A stretch of DNA of 64,000 nucleotides from a virus. Taxonomy: Duplodnaviria; Caudoviricetes. Below the pieces are notes generated by a model. The model ran no database searches. It had not been told where the DNA came from and saw nothing but the letters and a program-made list of their open reading frames with translations. Positions 37,825 to 47,026 of this stretch are shown in pieces. The position numbers and the translations under genes are program-made. Location: IMG/VR virus record IMGVR_UViG_3300027974_001530; one strand, given 5' to 3'. Each line of letters begins with the position of its first letter. Position 1 is the stretch's first letter.

Positions 37825-39639
37825 TTAACTGTTTAGTAATTTATCAAGTTCTTGTTCTATATCCCCTAAAGAATTTGACGCCTTTGATAAATCAATATAT
37901 TCATCCCCAAATATATCATCACTTTCTAAAAGTAAGTTTAAATTATTTTTCTTAATACTTTCAGGGATTGGTGGTCCTCCTGCCGACTCTGCTCCTCCAG
38001 GTGGTGGAGGTGGTCCTCCTCCCATTGGTGGAGGTGTTGACCCTCCTGCTGCTGGATCGGCACCCGCAGTTTGGGTACTTCCTGTTTGAGTTTTATAAAG
38101 TTTATCTACAGTATCAAAGAATCCTGTGTGAGTAATTATTGTTGGTGTATTTGCCAATTCGGCTGACACCGCCCTTTCTAATCTTATTTGTTGTAATTCT
38201 AATTTAATTTCTTCATCAGAAAAACCAAAAATATGTTTTTTAGCCCAAGTTGCGGATGTAGGTTGTAGTGAATTTGGAATTTCTGTAACCATATCCTTAT
38301 ACAATAAAACCTTTTCTTTCCATACCTCAACCATTAATAGATCGGCCTGTTTAGATGGGTTAGTTAAACCTAAAGTAAAGTTATTTAATTCATCCTCAAA
38401 CCCAAGTAAAAATAAATGTATAATCGCAATTTTATTTAATTCCGAAATTATACTTTTTTGTATTTTATGAATAGTTCTTGCAAATCTAATATCTAATAAA
38501 GATAAATTTTTACCATCACCCACCGCTTCCTCAAAACCTATATACGCTTTTGGTATTCTTAATGCGGTTAATAATTTCTTTTGGATATATTCAATATCAG
38601 CAATCTCAGAAAGATTTGCGGCTCCCGCCAATGTCTCAATAGGCATTGTCTGTGTTGCGTCCCTAACAGGAATAAAGTAATCTTGATCTACCGCCATTTG
38701 GTTGAAACGTAAATCAACATTACCTGTTTTAGAATCAACAATTTGATCTCGTTTAAATTTATTCGCAACTCTTTGTACGTAAGCCTCAACATCTTTATCG
38801 TCCATATTACCAACAAAGACTTTAAATACTCTTCTTTCGGGAGCTCTTGATGTTCTATAAATTAACATAGCATCTTCCGCTAATACAAGTTGTTTCCATA
38901 TTCTACGAGCCTTTTCTAACATTGATGTACCATATGGTAATTTTCTATCATCACCTAGCAATCTAAAATGGGCCATTTCCCAAGTGTTAAACTCCATATC
39001 CTTATTTTTCCAAGTAAACCTTAAGTTTTTCTCGTTTTTTATTGATGGAGTGGTGTTCATAGTTCTGGCTTCCATGCCTCTTTCTAATCTTTCAATTTCA
39101 ATATTAGGTAATTGCATACAACTTACAATACCTTTTTCAGGATCAAGTTTTAAGTAAACAAAGTTATCACCATACTTACACATGTTTCTTACCCACATTT
39201 GTAAGTTTGTATTAATATCTAAATTATTATTAAATAAATCTACTAAGATACTTTTAATTCTTTGTGATTCAGAATAAACTTGTAATATAAACCCATCATG
39301 GTTTGATGTTGTTGACTCCTCAGCATATATATCCAAGGCCGTTGAGATTTCTGGAGTATATTCCATAGATTCGTAATCGTAGAATGCAGAAATTCTGTTT
39401 GGTTCATAATATACCGCTTGACTGTATAAGTTATTTTCAATCTTTTTCCAATTATCACTTAAAAATAAAGTTTGTTGTATTTCTAATTTCTCTTTTTCAA
39501 ATTTAGACTTATCGGTAGTCTTTAATATTTCTTTTTTATCAAACCTATAGGTAGGATCATCCATCCCTAATAATGAATTAGGTCCGAACGTTTTGGATAA
39601 TCTTTGCCAAATCGTTAAATTTTTTTCGTTTTGTTCCAT
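37825..39639 (-). CDS. gp20: Portal protein (T4 gp20-like)
   Basis: YESMEYTPEISTALDIYAEE, RNMCKYGD, EDAMLIYRTSRAPERRVFKVFVGNM, DYFIPVR, DIEYIQKKLLTALRIPKAY. Confidence 0.95.
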   Translation of the reverse strand: MEQNEKNLTIWQRLSKTFGPNSLLGMDDPTYRFDKKEILKTTDKSKFEKEKLEIQQTLFLSDNWKKIENNLYSQAVYYEPNRISAFYDYESMEYTPEISTALDIYAEESTTSNHDGFILQVYSESQRIKSILVDLFNNNLDINTNLQMWVRNMCKYGDNFVYLKLDPEKGIVSCMQLPNIEIERLERGMEARTMNTTPSIKNEKNLRFTWKNKDMEFNTWEMAHFRLLGDDRKLPYGTSMLEKARRIWKQLVLAEDAMLIYRTSRAPERRVFKVFVGNMDDKDVEAYVQRVANKFKRDQIVDSKTGNVDLRFNQMAVDQDYFIPVRDATQTMPIETLAGAANLSEIADIEYIQKKLLTALRIPKAYIGFEEAVGDGKNLSLLDIRFARTIHKIQKSIISELNKIAIIHLFLLGFEDELNNFTLGLTNPSKQADLLMVEVWKEKVLLYKDMVTEIPNSLQPTSATWAKKHIFGFSDEEIKLELQQIRLERAVSAELANTPTIITHTGFFDTVDKLYKTQTGSTQTAGADPAAGGSTPPPMGGGPPPPPGGAESAGGPPIPESIKKNNLNLLLESDDIFGDEYIDLSKASNSLGDIEQELDKLLNS

Positions 39640-39704
39640 AATTAAAATTTAACTTATAATTTTTTTTTATAAAGTTTATTGTCTTATATTATAAATATAT
39701 TCCA

Positions 39705-39875
39705 TTATTTTGTTGTGGTGGTTGTTGTTGTGGTTATTTCTTCAATCATATTATACTGACTTTTCTTGTTAAAAGTTGGTTTAATAACTTTAACACTATA
39801 GATACCTTGACCTGTTATAATTAAGTCTGAACCCGCAAATATTTTACCACTTTTTTTTCTCTGAACACTACCCAT
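39705..39875 (-). CDS. Small basic protein (56 aa) between terminase and portal; missed by the ORF track
   Basis: MGSVQRKKSGKIFAGSDLIITGQGIYSVKVIKPTFNKKSQYNMIEEITTTTTTTTK; fills the gap exactly; TATTTAT at 39880-39886. Confidence 0.65.
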   Translation of the reverse strand: MGSVQRKKSGKIFAGSDLIITGQGIYSVKVIKPTFNKKSQYNMIEEITTTTTTTTK

Positions 39876-39886
39876 AATTATAAATA

Positions 39887-41659
39887 TTACCTACCACCAA
39901 ATAACCACCCGTATTTAATGTAATCATCTTTTGTAGCGGCATTAATTTCCCTACCAAAATTATCTCTTTTAACATTCATGTTAGGTAACAATGGATTAAA
40001 GTGAGCCTCTTTTGCAACAGAATCATTTGACGCTACGGTCCAAGACTCCAACATAACCTTAGCTTGTTGGGCAACCTTTTCTAATTTTGTAAAGGAAGAC
40101 TCCCCAACATAAATCGCCATTGATATCCCCATGATAAGGTCATCATGTTGTCCTCTTTGGTGATCTGGTCTACCATTTACATATATAAAAGTGTTCATTT
40201 CATTATATAATCTAACACTTTTTATTTTAAATTTGTGTCTAACCGCCTCCTCAAATGCCGCAATTATTTGTACTCTTTTGTTATTAAAGTTAATTCCGGG
40301 GATTTTATCCACCGCCTTACTTGCATTAGCCCATATACTTGTGGTATCAATACCCTCAACGTATAAACTTTTGTACCCTAATTCTTGTAATTTTCTAACT
40401 GTTGTTATTCCCATACCTCCGGTGATATCGACAACAATAAACGCATTATACATAATCCCCCATTTATATGCGATCTCAGCAAGAGAATCAGGTGGAATTT
40501 TACCAACGTATTCAAAAACTTGTTCTCTCGCATCAAAATCAATAATTTGTATTGAACTAAAATCCTCACTATCCCCTCTTGATACGTCAACCCCCATTAT
40601 GTATTTATTGCCCAATATTGGTTCTTTCCACATCCATAATGAGTTACCCATTAATTTACCTTCAGGTTCTAAAAGGGTGTTATTTTTTATTTCCTCTAAT
40701 TGTTTATTATCAAATACATTATCCCCTGAACCTAAGAACTCACAATTTAACTCTTGATTGATCTTCCTCTTATCGTACTTTAATTTTTTAACCATTTTTT
40801 CGTACCAATTTGAACACGGTTTGTATCCCTCTTTAAAGTATTTAGATATTTCCGTATGATCCCTAACATACGGGTCAATATGTGCAAAGGAGACATGTTT
40901 AGACTCATCCTGTTCATCTTTATTTAAAAGATAATGTACAAGATCATCTGTAGGAACTAAAAACAAATCTTTGGCGTATCTTGGATCTCTCCACCAAAAC
41001 ATTTCAGAAATTTTAAAGTTATTAAAACCTTTTAATGTTTGATCATATATTTCGTAATATATTGGGTCATAACCATTTGGTGTTGATACTACAATTACTT
41101 TACCTCCAGTAGATAACGAGGCCATACAAGCCGGCCAAAAATCACTATCGGCCTCGATAAATGCCGCCTCATCAAACACAAGAATGGTTGGGGTAAATCC
41201 ACGTAACGCATCTTTTGATGTTGCTACCGCCTTTACTTCACTACCATTATTTAATTTATAATGTTTTTGTGAGTTTTTATCTATGGAAAATCCAGCACCA
41301 ACCCACGAAGGCCATTGATCAACAAACGCTCTTATTTTATTAGCCATTTCCATTGAGGTATCAAGTTTGTTGGCAATTATTAGAATTTTTTCAGGTTGGG
41401 TCTTTTTTGCAAAAACTAACCTTTTTGATACCCAAGCCGCAGTAACGGTAGAAACTCCTGCCTGTCTATATTTTAATGCAATGTTCTCTTCGTAGTCCTC
41501 GTAATCTTTCAATAAAGAAACTTGATCAGGAAATAGTTGTAATGGTACGTATTTAGATACTGTATTATCGTATGTTTGTAGATATGTTTTTAAAGCGTAT
41601 TCCGTATCTTTCATACACCTAACATATTCTAACATCACTTGTTCTTTTGTTAAACTCAT
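39887..41659 (-). CDS. gp17: Terminase large subunit (T4 gp17-like)
   Basis: LKYRQAGVSTV (Walker A), LVFDEAAF (Walker B), VSTPNG, GVDVSRGDSEDFS and HDDLIM nuclease motifs. Confidence 0.97.
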   Translation of the reverse strand: MSLTKEQVMLEYVRCMKDTEYALKTYLQTYDNTVSKYVPLQLFPDQVSLLKDYEDYEENIALKYRQAGVSTVTAAWVSKRLVFAKKTQPEKILIIANKLDTSMEMANKIRAFVDQWPSWVGAGFSIDKNSQKHYKLNNGSEVKAVATSKDALRGFTPTILVFDEAAFIEADSDFWPACMASLSTGGKVIVVSTPNGYDPIYYEIYDQTLKGFNNFKISEMFWWRDPRYAKDLFLVPTDDLVHYLLNKDEQDESKHVSFAHIDPYVRDHTEISKYFKEGYKPCSNWYEKMVKKLKYDKRKINQELNCEFLGSGDNVFDNKQLEEIKNNTLLEPEGKLMGNSLWMWKEPILGNKYIMGVDVSRGDSEDFSSIQIIDFDAREQVFEYVGKIPPDSLAEIAYKWGIMYNAFIVVDITGGMGITTVRKLQELGYKSLYVEGIDTTSIWANASKAVDKIPGINFNNKRVQIIAAFEEAVRHKFKIKSVRLYNEMNTFIYVNGRPDHQRGQHDDLIMGISMAIYVGESSFTKLEKVAQQAKVMLESWTVASNDSVAKEAHFNPLLPNMNVKRDNFGREINAATKDDYIKYGWLFGGR

Positions 41660-41673
41660 AAAGTTTTTTTATT

Positions 41674-41680
41674 ATAAATA
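41674..41680 (-). promoter_or_regulatory. TATTTAT putative phage late promoter (terminase)
   Basis: 14 nt upstream of ATG 41659. Confidence 0.6.
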
Positions 41681-41700
41681 CTTTAAATAGTTTATTTAAT

Positions 41701-41726
41701 AAAAAACCCACCTTTTGGGTGGGTTT
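41701..41726 (-). terminator. Intrinsic terminator
   Basis: AAACCCACC-caaaa-GGTGGGTTT plus T tract on the minus strand. Confidence 0.8.
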
Positions 41727-41740
41727 ACTATTTTTAATTT

Positions 41741-43105
41741 TTAGTAGGATAAATCATCATCATTATCATAATTATATTCATCATCCTCATCATCTTCACC
41801 TTTAAATCTCTGATATTCCTTTTTAGCCTTTTCAAAAATGTCCTTAAATTCTTTAACCGCTTTTGCGTTATCTTCTTTTCTATTTGAAACAACATTTGCA
41901 ATTATTTGTTTTAGGAATCTTTCCGCCGGTACCTCATAAAGGTTCTTTTCAAAGAACGGCATATAAATACGACCATCAGGATCTAAAACTAATTCTTCAG
42001 GTAACATTGTTCTAATTTTTCTTGCTAATTCAGCACCAATTCTGAAGTTCATTGGTTCATGTTCCATTGTGTCAGTTTGACTAATAACTTGTTGTGCCAT
42101 TTCAGGATTCATTCCTTTCCACTGTTGTCTTGCGGTAACCATACCAAATGCTTTATCAACTTCATGTAATAGAATTGGGAAGATTAATCCATTTGCAAAC
42201 CAAGTATCTTTATCCATTTCTTCACCACTTTGGTCGTCATCCTCATCTTCATCGCTTTGTTCTGGTTTGGCTTTACCTGCCGATCCTGCCGCATTACCCC
42301 CCAACATTTCAATTAGTTGTTGGTTGGTAAAATACATTAAATCATTTGCTCCCATAATTTTATTATACAATTCATATAAAGATGGGTCTATAGCGTCTAA
42401 TCTATCTTTATATTCCTGATAAGCGTATTGACCTCTTTTTGCCTTACCCATCACATATGCATTTATAACGTGTCGTTTTTCAATCTCCAATTGTTTTTCT
42501 TCTTCTGGAGTTAATTCATCAATGTCAAATGAAAAGTTTGCAGGTATTGGTAGTTTTTCATTTTTTTTAGGTTTCATCTGAAATATAGTTGGGTCTATAG
42601 ATTGTTCCCCAAGGAAAGTTAAAAGATTCATCAATTCAAATTCATAAATGGTCCCACCATCCTTAGATTTTCTTTTTTTTACAAGACCTTCCCTTAACGC
42701 ATTTTCCATTGTAATATTATTAGGCATCCAACCATTTTCTTTGGCCTTAATTTCAACTGCAAGATCTCTAAGTTTTTCTCTATGTCTTGGCTCTTTGGTC
42801 ATTGCTTGTCTAACCGCCATCATTTGTTCCATTTGAATCGCGGCCATTACCGAAGGATCTGTTATATTTCTTTCAGTGGTATAATATCTTTTTACGTAAT
42901 CAACAATCTCTTTGAATCTGTCTCCTGATAACCTCTCAACATCAGATACTCCTCCTTGAAACCCTCTATTTTTTGCATAGATACTTTCGGGATCCTCAAT
43001 CTTTTGTTGTACTCTAGGGTCCATTCTTTCTGGATAATCCCCATAATCAACAGGAGCCTCGTTTATGATTTTCCTCACTAAACTCTCAATATATTTATGT
43101 CCCAT
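41741..43105 (-). CDS. Hypothetical head-associated protein
   Basis: 454 aa; leader ending IINE; acidic tracts. Confidence 0.75.
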   Translation of the reverse strand: MGHKYIESLVRKIINEAPVDYGDYPERMDPRVQQKIEDPESIYAKNRGFQGGVSDVERLSGDRFKEIVDYVKRYYTTERNITDPSVMAAIQMEQMMAVRQAMTKEPRHREKLRDLAVEIKAKENGWMPNNITMENALREGLVKKRKSKDGGTIYEFELMNLLTFLGEQSIDPTIFQMKPKKNEKLPIPANFSFDIDELTPEEEKQLEIEKRHVINAYVMGKAKRGQYAYQEYKDRLDAIDPSLYELYNKIMGANDLMYFTNQQLIEMLGGNAAGSAGKAKPEQSDEDEDDDQSGEEMDKDTWFANGLIFPILLHEVDKAFGMVTARQQWKGMNPEMAQQVISQTDTMEHEPMNFRIGAELARKIRTMLPEELVLDPDGRIYMPFFEKNLYEVPAERFLKQIIANVVSNRKEDNAKAVKEFKDIFEKAKKEYQRFKGEDDEDDEYNYDNDDDLSY

Positions 43106-44049
43106 TAGTTAAAATTTAATATGTTCATTATTGCATCAATGAAACCACTTTGTTGTTTTTCCATTTTTGCTTTTGGATTTTCCTTAACATCAGGATTAGG
43201 ATCTTTAAAAGGATTATCCCTTCTTCTTTCTTTTTCCTTAGTTCTTTCTTTTTCCTTAGTTCTTTCTTTTTCTTTTGTATTTGCTTTAGGTTTTTCTTCT
43301 ACGTCAGGATTAGGGTCTTTAAAAGGGTTACCCTTTCTTCTTTCTTTTTCCTTAGTTCTTTCTTTTTCCTTAGTTCTTTCTTTTTCTTTTGTGTCTTCCC
43401 CTAAAGAAGAGATTCTACCAATAGGCCTTTTCATACTTTTCATTTCAATTCCAGATTCGTTTGAAAACATAGACATTTTTTTTGGGGTTTTCAAAAACAT
43501 AGAATTAAATTTTTCTGTTTTTTCAGATATTGTATTAATCATTTGACCTTTTGTAAACGTTGGGTTCACATATTCATCCAACATGTTAACAATTCTATCT
43601 TCTAAAAATCTTTCTAAATTTTCATTAGTTTTTTTAGTTGTTTTTTTAACCGTTTTTTCGGGATGTTTTTTTTCTGGCATTTTTTTATAATCTTTTTTAG
43701 ATGTACTATCAGAAAATTCTTTAGCCATGTTACACCATTTTTCTTTTGTTTTTCCTGTACTATTTTTACATTTTGACCAAAATAATCCTTGTTGGGATTT
43801 TGATTCAAATTTCTCATCTAACTCAACTGAAGCGTTTGGGTCTGCTTTTGTTACCATAGCCTGAACTGCTTCCATATCTTTTGGGTTTTTTGTTGGTTGA
43901 TATACAGTCTTTGTTACCGCTTCTTTATTCTCTTCTTTTTTTGTAAATTTTTCGGATAATACCTTAATTTGTAAGTCATTTAAATTACTAATAGTGTTAA
44001 ATGACAATCCGTGTTCTAACAAAGTTAAAATATGATTTTTAGGATTCAT
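43105..44049 (-). CDS. Hypothetical protein with charged TKEKER repeats (start re-called at ATG 44049)
   Basis: ORF track 43105..44091; ATG 44049 minimises overlap with the upstream gene. Confidence 0.7.
   Translation of the reverse strand: MNPKNHILTLLEHGLSFNTISNLNDLQIKVLSEKFTKKEENKEAVTKTVYQPTKNPKDMEAVQAMVTKADPNASVELDEKFESKSQQGLFWSKCKNSTGKTKEKWCNMAKEFSDSTSKKDYKKMPEKKHPEKTVKKTTKKTNENLERFLEDRIVNMLDEYVNPTFTKGQMINTISEKTEKFNSMFLKTPKKMSMFSNESGIEMKSMKRPIGRISSLGEDTKEKERTKEKERTKEKERRKGNPFKDPNPDVEEKPKANTKEKERTKEKERTKEKERRRDNPFKDPNPDVKENPKAKMEKQQSGFIDAIMNILNFN
43165..43392. repeat. Two 114-bp units, each with three 18-bp subrepeats (TKEKER)x3-R..NPFKDPNPDV.E.PKA
   Basis: ttagttctttctttttcc-type 18-mers and a duplicated GGATTAGG.TCTTTAAAAGG segment. 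Confidence 0.9.
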
Positions 44050-44446
44050 ATACTGCTTTTTTATCAAATTCAAGAACGATATCTCGTTCATATAGTTTAT
44101 CTTTTACGTCTTGTTCAGTTTCCCCAAACTTAAATACTAATCTTTTTGTGATTGAGAAATCAATTTCATTTGTTTCTTTTTCCCAACCTATGGACAGTAC
44201 CCCATCCATTGAATCCATCATTGAAAATACGTCTGAGTTTTGAACCAATTCTAATAAGATTTCCCCATTAATTAATGATCCAACCTTTTTTATATATTCA
44301 AAGTCAGGTGGTGATGGGTAACCATTAGATGGTTTTGATTCCCAATTCTCACCCCAAACATCTAAAGTTTCTGAAAAAATAAATTCATAAATGTTGTCTC
44401 CCTTATAATTGGGTCCCATACCATTTATGTAAATTAAATAATTCAT
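44039..44446 (-). CDS. Hypothetical protein
   Basis: 135-aa ORF coupled to its neighbours. Confidence 0.75.
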   Translation of the reverse strand: MNYLIYINGMGPNYKGDNIYEFIFSETLDVWGENWESKPSNGYPSPPDFEYIKKVGSLINGEILLELVQNSDVFSMMDSMDGVLSIGWEKETNEIDFSITKRLVFKFGETEQDVKDKLYERDIVLEFDKKAVYES

Positions 44447-45759
44447 AGTACTCTTCTTCCGTCTGTTGATATTTTGTGTTCATTAATACCGACTTTAAAT
44501 AGTAAATTACTTTTATTTGTTGATCCTATTAAAACCGCGTTTGGATTTTTTTCTAAGAATTTTAATGCCGATCTTTCTTGTTGAATTGATTTTGAAAGTC
44601 TTTTGATCTCCATTTCGTTTACAACCATATTTTCTTTTAAAAGTCCCTTATTAATAATTTTTTTTCTATTATTAACCTTTTTTTCATCTTCATTAATTGA
44701 AAAATATCTTCCAATGATTTTATCAACTTTAGATTCTGAGAACATATTATCTGTTCTTGTCCCTAAAGGACCTACTGTCATTCTATTTCTGTTTCTATAT
44801 CCGTATTCTGTAACCTCACCTTCATCTGACGGTGGTTCAGGAGAATCAACATCAGGGTCTTCATCCGAGGTTAAATTTTCATCACCTTCTTCATTACCCT
44901 CTTCGTCGCCCTCTTCTTTATCTTCTTCATCACCTTCCAAACGATCTATAATTTCCTCAACGTCTTCGTCATCCAACACAGATAAATCTAATGAAGATAA
45001 CACAGAATTTAAAATATACTTAACATCGTCAGAATCCATTTCTTCACTGTTAAGATATTTTCTAATTTTTTGGGATAGTTTTCCTGTTAATTTTTGAATC
45101 AACTTAAACGATACTCCATTTTCTTTGCCTGTATTTTCCTCTTCATCGTCGGTAGATTCGTCATCCCCACCAAGGTCTGCCATTGGATCTTCATCCCCAC
45201 CAAGGTCTGCCATTGGATCTTCTTCTGGTCCTGTTGTTTCGGTACCTCCCATAAGTCCTGCCATTGGATCTTCTTCTGATCCTGTTGCGGGAGCCGGAGA
45301 TGGTTCTGCCGCAGGTGCGGGAGCCGGAGATGGTTCAGGTAATGTTGGTGCCTGTTCAGGGGCAACATCTGACTTTGGTGTTGGAACTTTAAGTTTAAAC
45401 TTTTTTTGTTCGGTAAAAAGATTTGTGCCCTCATCGTTATTATATAATGAGTTAAAATCTTTAGCCATTAAATTTAATTTTTTTAATGCTTCAGAGTAAG
45501 ATCTGTAATATCTCCTATTTTTCATAGGTTCGATATAATCAGAGTAAGATTCAGTAATATTTCTTTTAATTATATATCCTTGTCTTTCTTTTACAATGTC
45601 ATATGAATTTCCATCTGATAAACCAAGTCTATACTCTGTAGATTTTAATTCAATATCTTTATTAGATAATTCGTGGTTATAGTTAGCAATTTCCATAATT
45701 CTACGGATTTTATCCATACCAACTAATTTCTCACTCCCAATAGGTTTTAGTCCTCCCAT
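44443..45759 (-). CDS. Hypothetical head-associated protein with a Pro/Ala/acidic disordered centre
   Basis: 438 aa; APAPAAEPSPAPA and DPMADLGGDE repeats; TATTTAT at 45793-45799. Confidence 0.75.
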   Translation of the reverse strand: MGGLKPIGSEKLVGMDKIRRIMEIANYNHELSNKDIELKSTEYRLGLSDGNSYDIVKERQGYIIKRNITESYSDYIEPMKNRRYYRSYSEALKKLNLMAKDFNSLYNNDEGTNLFTEQKKFKLKVPTPKSDVAPEQAPTLPEPSPAPAPAAEPSPAPATGSEEDPMAGLMGGTETTGPEEDPMADLGGDEDPMADLGGDDESTDDEEENTGKENGVSFKLIQKLTGKLSQKIRKYLNSEEMDSDDVKYILNSVLSSLDLSVLDDEDVEEIIDRLEGDEEDKEEGDEEGNEEGDENLTSDEDPDVDSPEPPSDEGEVTEYGYRNRNRMTVGPLGTRTDNMFSESKVDKIIGRYFSINEDEKKVNNRKKIINKGLLKENMVVNEMEIKRLSKSIQQERSALKFLEKNPNAVLIGSTNKSNLLFKVGINEHKISTDGRRVL

Positions 45760-45834
45760 AGTATATTTTTTTGATTAAATTATTTTTATTAAATAAATAT
45801 ACCAATAATCGATATTGTTTTATTTTTAATCTAT

Positions 45835-46569
45835 TTATTGATTCATTGATAATTTTTTGTCGATTAATTTTGTTGGTATATCATATAATTTACCAATATA
45901 ACCGTTTCTTCTTAATAGTTTAAATACTAGATTTTCTATAGACATTTCCCCACCTTTTTCAAGTCCACAACTTCTAAACTTCTTAAGTTTTTCTTTATAT
46001 TTTTTTACAATAGATTTTATCTCATCAGGACTTTCATCTCCGATGTTGTCAACAACACCATCAATAATATTCATCCATTGTTTTGCCTTTTCTTTAATTA
46101 GTTCTGTATCAATTTCTTTCATTTCATCTTTTTTTGGTTCATTAACCCACATATTATAAAGAACAGAATATACCCCAGAACTAAATGCGACCTCATTCTC
46201 GTCTTGTACAAAACACTCAACGTCGTAACCAAATAATTTTATATTATGTTTTTGATTAAAAACTATTTTTTTTAGATCAAAGAATTCAACATATAAATCC
46301 TTAGAGTCAGATGGGAATTGACCATAATTTAAGACAATGTGTAAATCAATATCAGAATATTTGGACCAATTGTAATTGACTAATGATCCAATCATAATAA
46401 TATCAGTTATTAAAATATCTACCCCAAGAGAATCTATAAATAAATTTGCAGTCTTAAGAAGACTGTCCCTAACATCTGGGTTTATTTTTGTTATTTTTCC
46501 AGAGTCGTCCCAAATTTTTGGGTTTAATTCTTTTTTTGGTTCAAAACTTTTTATTAATTCATTGTCCAT
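45835..46569 (-). CDS. Pol-beta-superfamily nucleotidyltransferase
   Basis: hG[S]x9-10DhD motif IGSLVNYNWSKYSDIDLH, third acidic residue in DVECFVQD; ATG at 46569, TATTTAT at 46575-46581. Confidence 0.75.
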   Translation of the reverse strand: MDNELIKSFEPKKELNPKIWDDSGKITKINPDVRDSLLKTANLFIDSLGVDILITDIIMIGSLVNYNWSKYSDIDLHIVLNYGQFPSDSKDLYVEFFDLKKIVFNQKHNIKLFGYDVECFVQDENEVAFSSGVYSVLYNMWVNEPKKDEMKEIDTELIKEKAKQWMNIIDGVVDNIGDESPDEIKSIVKKYKEKLKKFRSCGLEKGGEMSIENLVFKLLRRNGYIGKLYDIPTKLIDKKLSMNQ

Positions 46570-46594
46570 CAAATATAAATATTAAGTTTTTTGT

Positions 46595-46840
46595 TTAACT
46601 TAATTTTTTATATTTGTAAATTTTTGAAATGTTTTTATTAAAATATGTACCTTGAGATTGTGCGGTTCTAAATTCGGTGTATTTTTGATGAGGTACATCC
46701 TCATATTCATATCTAATACCGTTTTTAAATTCAGTTATCATTTTTTTTGTTTCAGTATCATATTCTGTTTTAACTATGTTTGACGATTGTATTTCGTTAA
46801 TAATCTTTGTTCCTTTAAATTCTTCTCTTGTAATTGCCAT
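46595..46840 (-). CDS. KTSC-domain protein
   Basis: QSSNIVKTEYDTETKKMITEFKNG.RYEYEDVP...YTEF.TAQSQGTYFNKNI: the KTSC signature. Confidence 0.9.
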   Translation of the reverse strand: MAITREEFKGTKIINEIQSSNIVKTEYDTETKKMITEFKNGIRYEYEDVPHQKYTEFRTAQSQGTYFNKNISKIYKYKKLS

Positions 46841-46930
46841 AATTTTTTATTATTAAAATAAATAACACAAATAAAAAAATCCACCAATCAATGGGACTTT
46901 TTATTTTAAAAATATAACATTTATTAAAAT

Positions 46931-46945
46931 ATGACATTTTGTCAT
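46931..46945. promoter_or_regulatory. Palindromic operator-like site ATGACA-ttt-TGTCAT upstream of the clp gene
   Basis: Perfect 6-bp inverted repeat, with an additional CTGACAAAAAGACA at 46962-46975. Confidence 0.4.
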
Positions 46946-46979
46946 GTAATTATACCCACACCTGACAAAAAGACAAGTA

Positions 46980-47010
46980 TTGACTAACAATATGAATATA
47001 TTTAGATTTA
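46980..47010 (+). promoter_or_regulatory. Host-type promoter TTGACT-N17-TAGATTTA
   Basis: Read directly upstream of ATG 47027. Confidence 0.55.
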
Positions 47011-47026
47011 TATAAAACTTTTAATT

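Noticed and set aside
31623-41659. Inteins or introns in the capsid or terminase genes
   Set aside because: No C/S...HN splice motifs or homing-endonuclease motifs seen; the reading frames are continuous.
40191-45499. Antisense ORFs 40191..40757, 43121..43546, 43150..43404, 44603..45097, 45099..45434 and 45125..45499
   Set aside because: They fully overlap well-supported genes and their composition mirrors the sense-strand repeats.
45835-46569. Assignment as a CBASS cyclase or CCA-adding enzyme
   Set aside because: Only the generic Pol-beta motif is visible; no effector gene or diagnostic domains support either call.
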